IMG/VR virus record: IMGVR_UViG_3300032073_000094
Span: 1 to 35,520 of that record
DNA: 35,520 nt
From: a virus
Taxonomy: Duplodnaviria > Caudoviricetes
Direction: 5' to 3' (one strand)
Shown one piece after another: positions 34,196 to 35,520 of the stretch. Position numbers and translations under genes: made by a program. Position 1 is the first letter of the stretch; each line of letters begins with the position of its first letter. The notes below the pieces were generated by a model, which was not told the origin of the DNA, did no database searches, and saw only the letters and a program-made list of their open reading frames with translations.

Positions 34196-34549
34196 TTATT
34201 CTGCCGCTTCTTCAGAATCGTCTGCATCAGATGAATCATCAACTGTGACATCATCAGATTCTTCTTCCTCAACTGGAGCACGTTGTAGTCCAAGCTGGGC
34301 TAAAGCTAAATCGCCCACATAAATAGCGTCACTTTTATCAGACCCCCAAGCATCCCAAGTTGGGCCGGATACATTCAGTAAAGTTGAAACGAGTGGGTTA
34401 TTACCCCAAACATCTTCGCCTTCAGGATTCGTAAACTTGCCCCAACCAACTACGCTGAACTGCATTCCAAATTCTTGGGCTGAGTTTAGTGATACCGCTA
34501 CTTTAGAAACGTTTAACTCTGCTGTAGGTATTGTATTTATTTCGATCAT
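34196..34549 (-). CDS. Hypothetical fibre-associated protein
   Basis: WDAWGSD...YV..LALAQLGL pattern, acidic tail; downstream of tail fibre. Confidence 0.7.
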   Translation of the reverse strand: MIEINTIPTAELNVSKVAVSLNSAQEFGMQFSVVGWGKFTNPEGEDVWGNNPLVSTLLNVSGPTWDAWGSDKSDAIYVGDLALAQLGLQRAPVEEEESDDVTVDDSSDADDSEEAAE

Positions 34550-34553
34550 TGTT

Positions 34554-34919
34554 CTACTCGTTAGATTCTTCCACTGGTTCCTCGACTGGTTCCGGTTCTG
34601 GTTCTGGTTGCCACGGCAAACCGTGGTTTTGGCTTGGTGTTTTTAATGCATCCAAGTTCCTACCAACCGTCAACTCGATATTAGCTACACTTGCCTCTCC
34701 AAGTTTTTCTTTTGTCCAAGTGATAGCTTGCTCCTCAGTTACATCAGCATACGGCACAGAGAACGATCCGGGGTTCGGCTCATTAGGTTCAGTGAACCAA
34801 ACGTCTCCACCTATTGATGTTGAGAGGTCATCCTCGGTCTTTGTACAAAGCCAGTCGGCCGATTTAATGTAGCCAGTGCTGGCTGTGCTGTTTGTGTCGT
34901 TAATTGTCCAAGTTATCAT
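34554..34919 (-). CDS. Tail fibre-associated / assembly protein
   Basis: MITWTI...VPYADVTEEQAITW...LG...IE...GLPW pattern typical of small genes following fibres. Confidence 0.7.
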   Translation of the reverse strand: MITWTINDTNSTASTGYIKSADWLCTKTEDDLSTSIGGDVWFTEPNEPNPGSFSVPYADVTEEQAITWTKEKLGEASVANIELTVGRNLDALKTPSQNHGLPWQPEPEPEPVEEPVEESNE

Positions 34920-34922
34920 CGT

Positions 34923-35520
34923 TTAAGCTCCGTTATTGCTTCTAGAAACTTCGTGCCAAGCTGATCCACTTTTGATCAAAGTTATAGTGTCTTCAGCGTT
35001 GTCCAGTGTGCAATCTCCAGCTAGTTTTAAATTAGTACCATCTTCGACCACAACTGTCCTACTACCACTTGCTGCCATCAGCGTGATAATACTACCTGTT
35101 GATCCCCCGTTAATTGTGTCGAGGTAATCAGTTGCCCCGCCGCCTTCAGTATCAATATTGTGAGTGCTTGAGGTTGCTGTCACTGCTCCGCTTGCAATTG
35201 TTAAATCGTTAAAGCCTCCTAGCTTTGTGAAACCTGCAAGTTTCGCCTCTCCTGCGAGCCAAAAATCTTTGAAATTATTTCCGTTCGCTCCTAAGTCAAC
35301 GGTATTGTTATTAGTGGCACTTTGTGTCGCTGGCAGAATTGCATTTGTAGCAAATGAAAATCCGCAGTGATTTACAACTGTTCCAGAAATCGTTAGATTG
35401 TTGCCGATTGTGGTTATTCTTCCAGCCTCGGTTCCGGTGCTGTCATTTACAACAATTTCACCAGCCGAATCAATCGTCATCCGCACCGTTGGAGATGCTG
35501 CACCATCAGCGGTGGTTGAA
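34923..35520 (-). CDS. Tail fibre, C-terminal part (continuation of 2243..1)
   Basis: Open to the window end and in frame with the 1-2243 segment through the terminal repeat; tip has IDTEGGGATDYLDTINGG...TITLI...WHEVSRS. Confidence 0.88.
   Translation of the reverse strand, partial: STTADGAASPTVRMTIDSAGEIVVNDSTGTEAGRITTIGNNLTISGTVVNHCGFSFATNAILPATQSATNNNTVDLGANGNNFKDFWLAGEAKLAGFTKLGGFNDLTIASGAVTATSSTHNIDTEGGGATDYLDTINGGSTGSIITLMAASGSRTVVVEDGTNLKLAGDCTLDNAEDTITLIKSGSAWHEVSRSNNGA
35383..35520. repeat. Terminal direct repeat, right copy
   Basis: 136/138 identical to 1-138. Confidence 0.95.

Noticed and set aside
16-35370. All plus-strand ORFs in the track
   Set aside because: They are antisense shadows of motif-bearing minus-strand genes and carry no recognisable motifs.
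35383-35520. Diversity-generating retroelement TR/VR pair
   Set aside because: No reverse transcriptase; differences are synonymous and not adenine-specific; the repeat is a circular overlap.

Overview
The window is an essentially complete, circularly permuted genome (about 35,382 bp; bases 1-138 repeat at 35383-35520) of a temperate, short-tailed (podovirus-type) dsDNA phage. The host is probably Gram-negative, since a lipoprotein spanin candidate is present. Every credible gene lies on the minus strand. Reading along that strand from attP (3' half of tRNA-Phe(GAA), 18410-18457), the order is: tyrosine integrase; RHH and RHH-HTH regulators; RlpA-like lytic transglycosylase; Xis-like HTH; Holliday resolvase; SSB; exonuclease; a stand-alone DnaA domain-IV-like protein beside an oriC-like noncoding region; TerS; dNMP kinase; small-molecule-type SAM methyltransferase; nuclease; TerL; overlapping spanin pair; portal; scaffold; N4-gp56-type major capsid; a tail fibre spanning the contig junction; holin-like genes; tail adaptor and nozzle; a DDxxD protein; ejection proteins; and a 2166-aa modular polyvalent protein followed by candidate immunity genes. 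No helicase, primase, polymerase, classical initiator, cI-type repressor or classical endolysin is recognisable. The most notable observations are the mini-DnaA with its oriC-like origin, the polyvalent protein with repeated R(Y/F)MP module junctions and duplicated partner domains, RlpA as the only cell-wall enzyme, and two structured intergenic RNA candidates. All family assignments come from motif recognition by eye, not from database searches.
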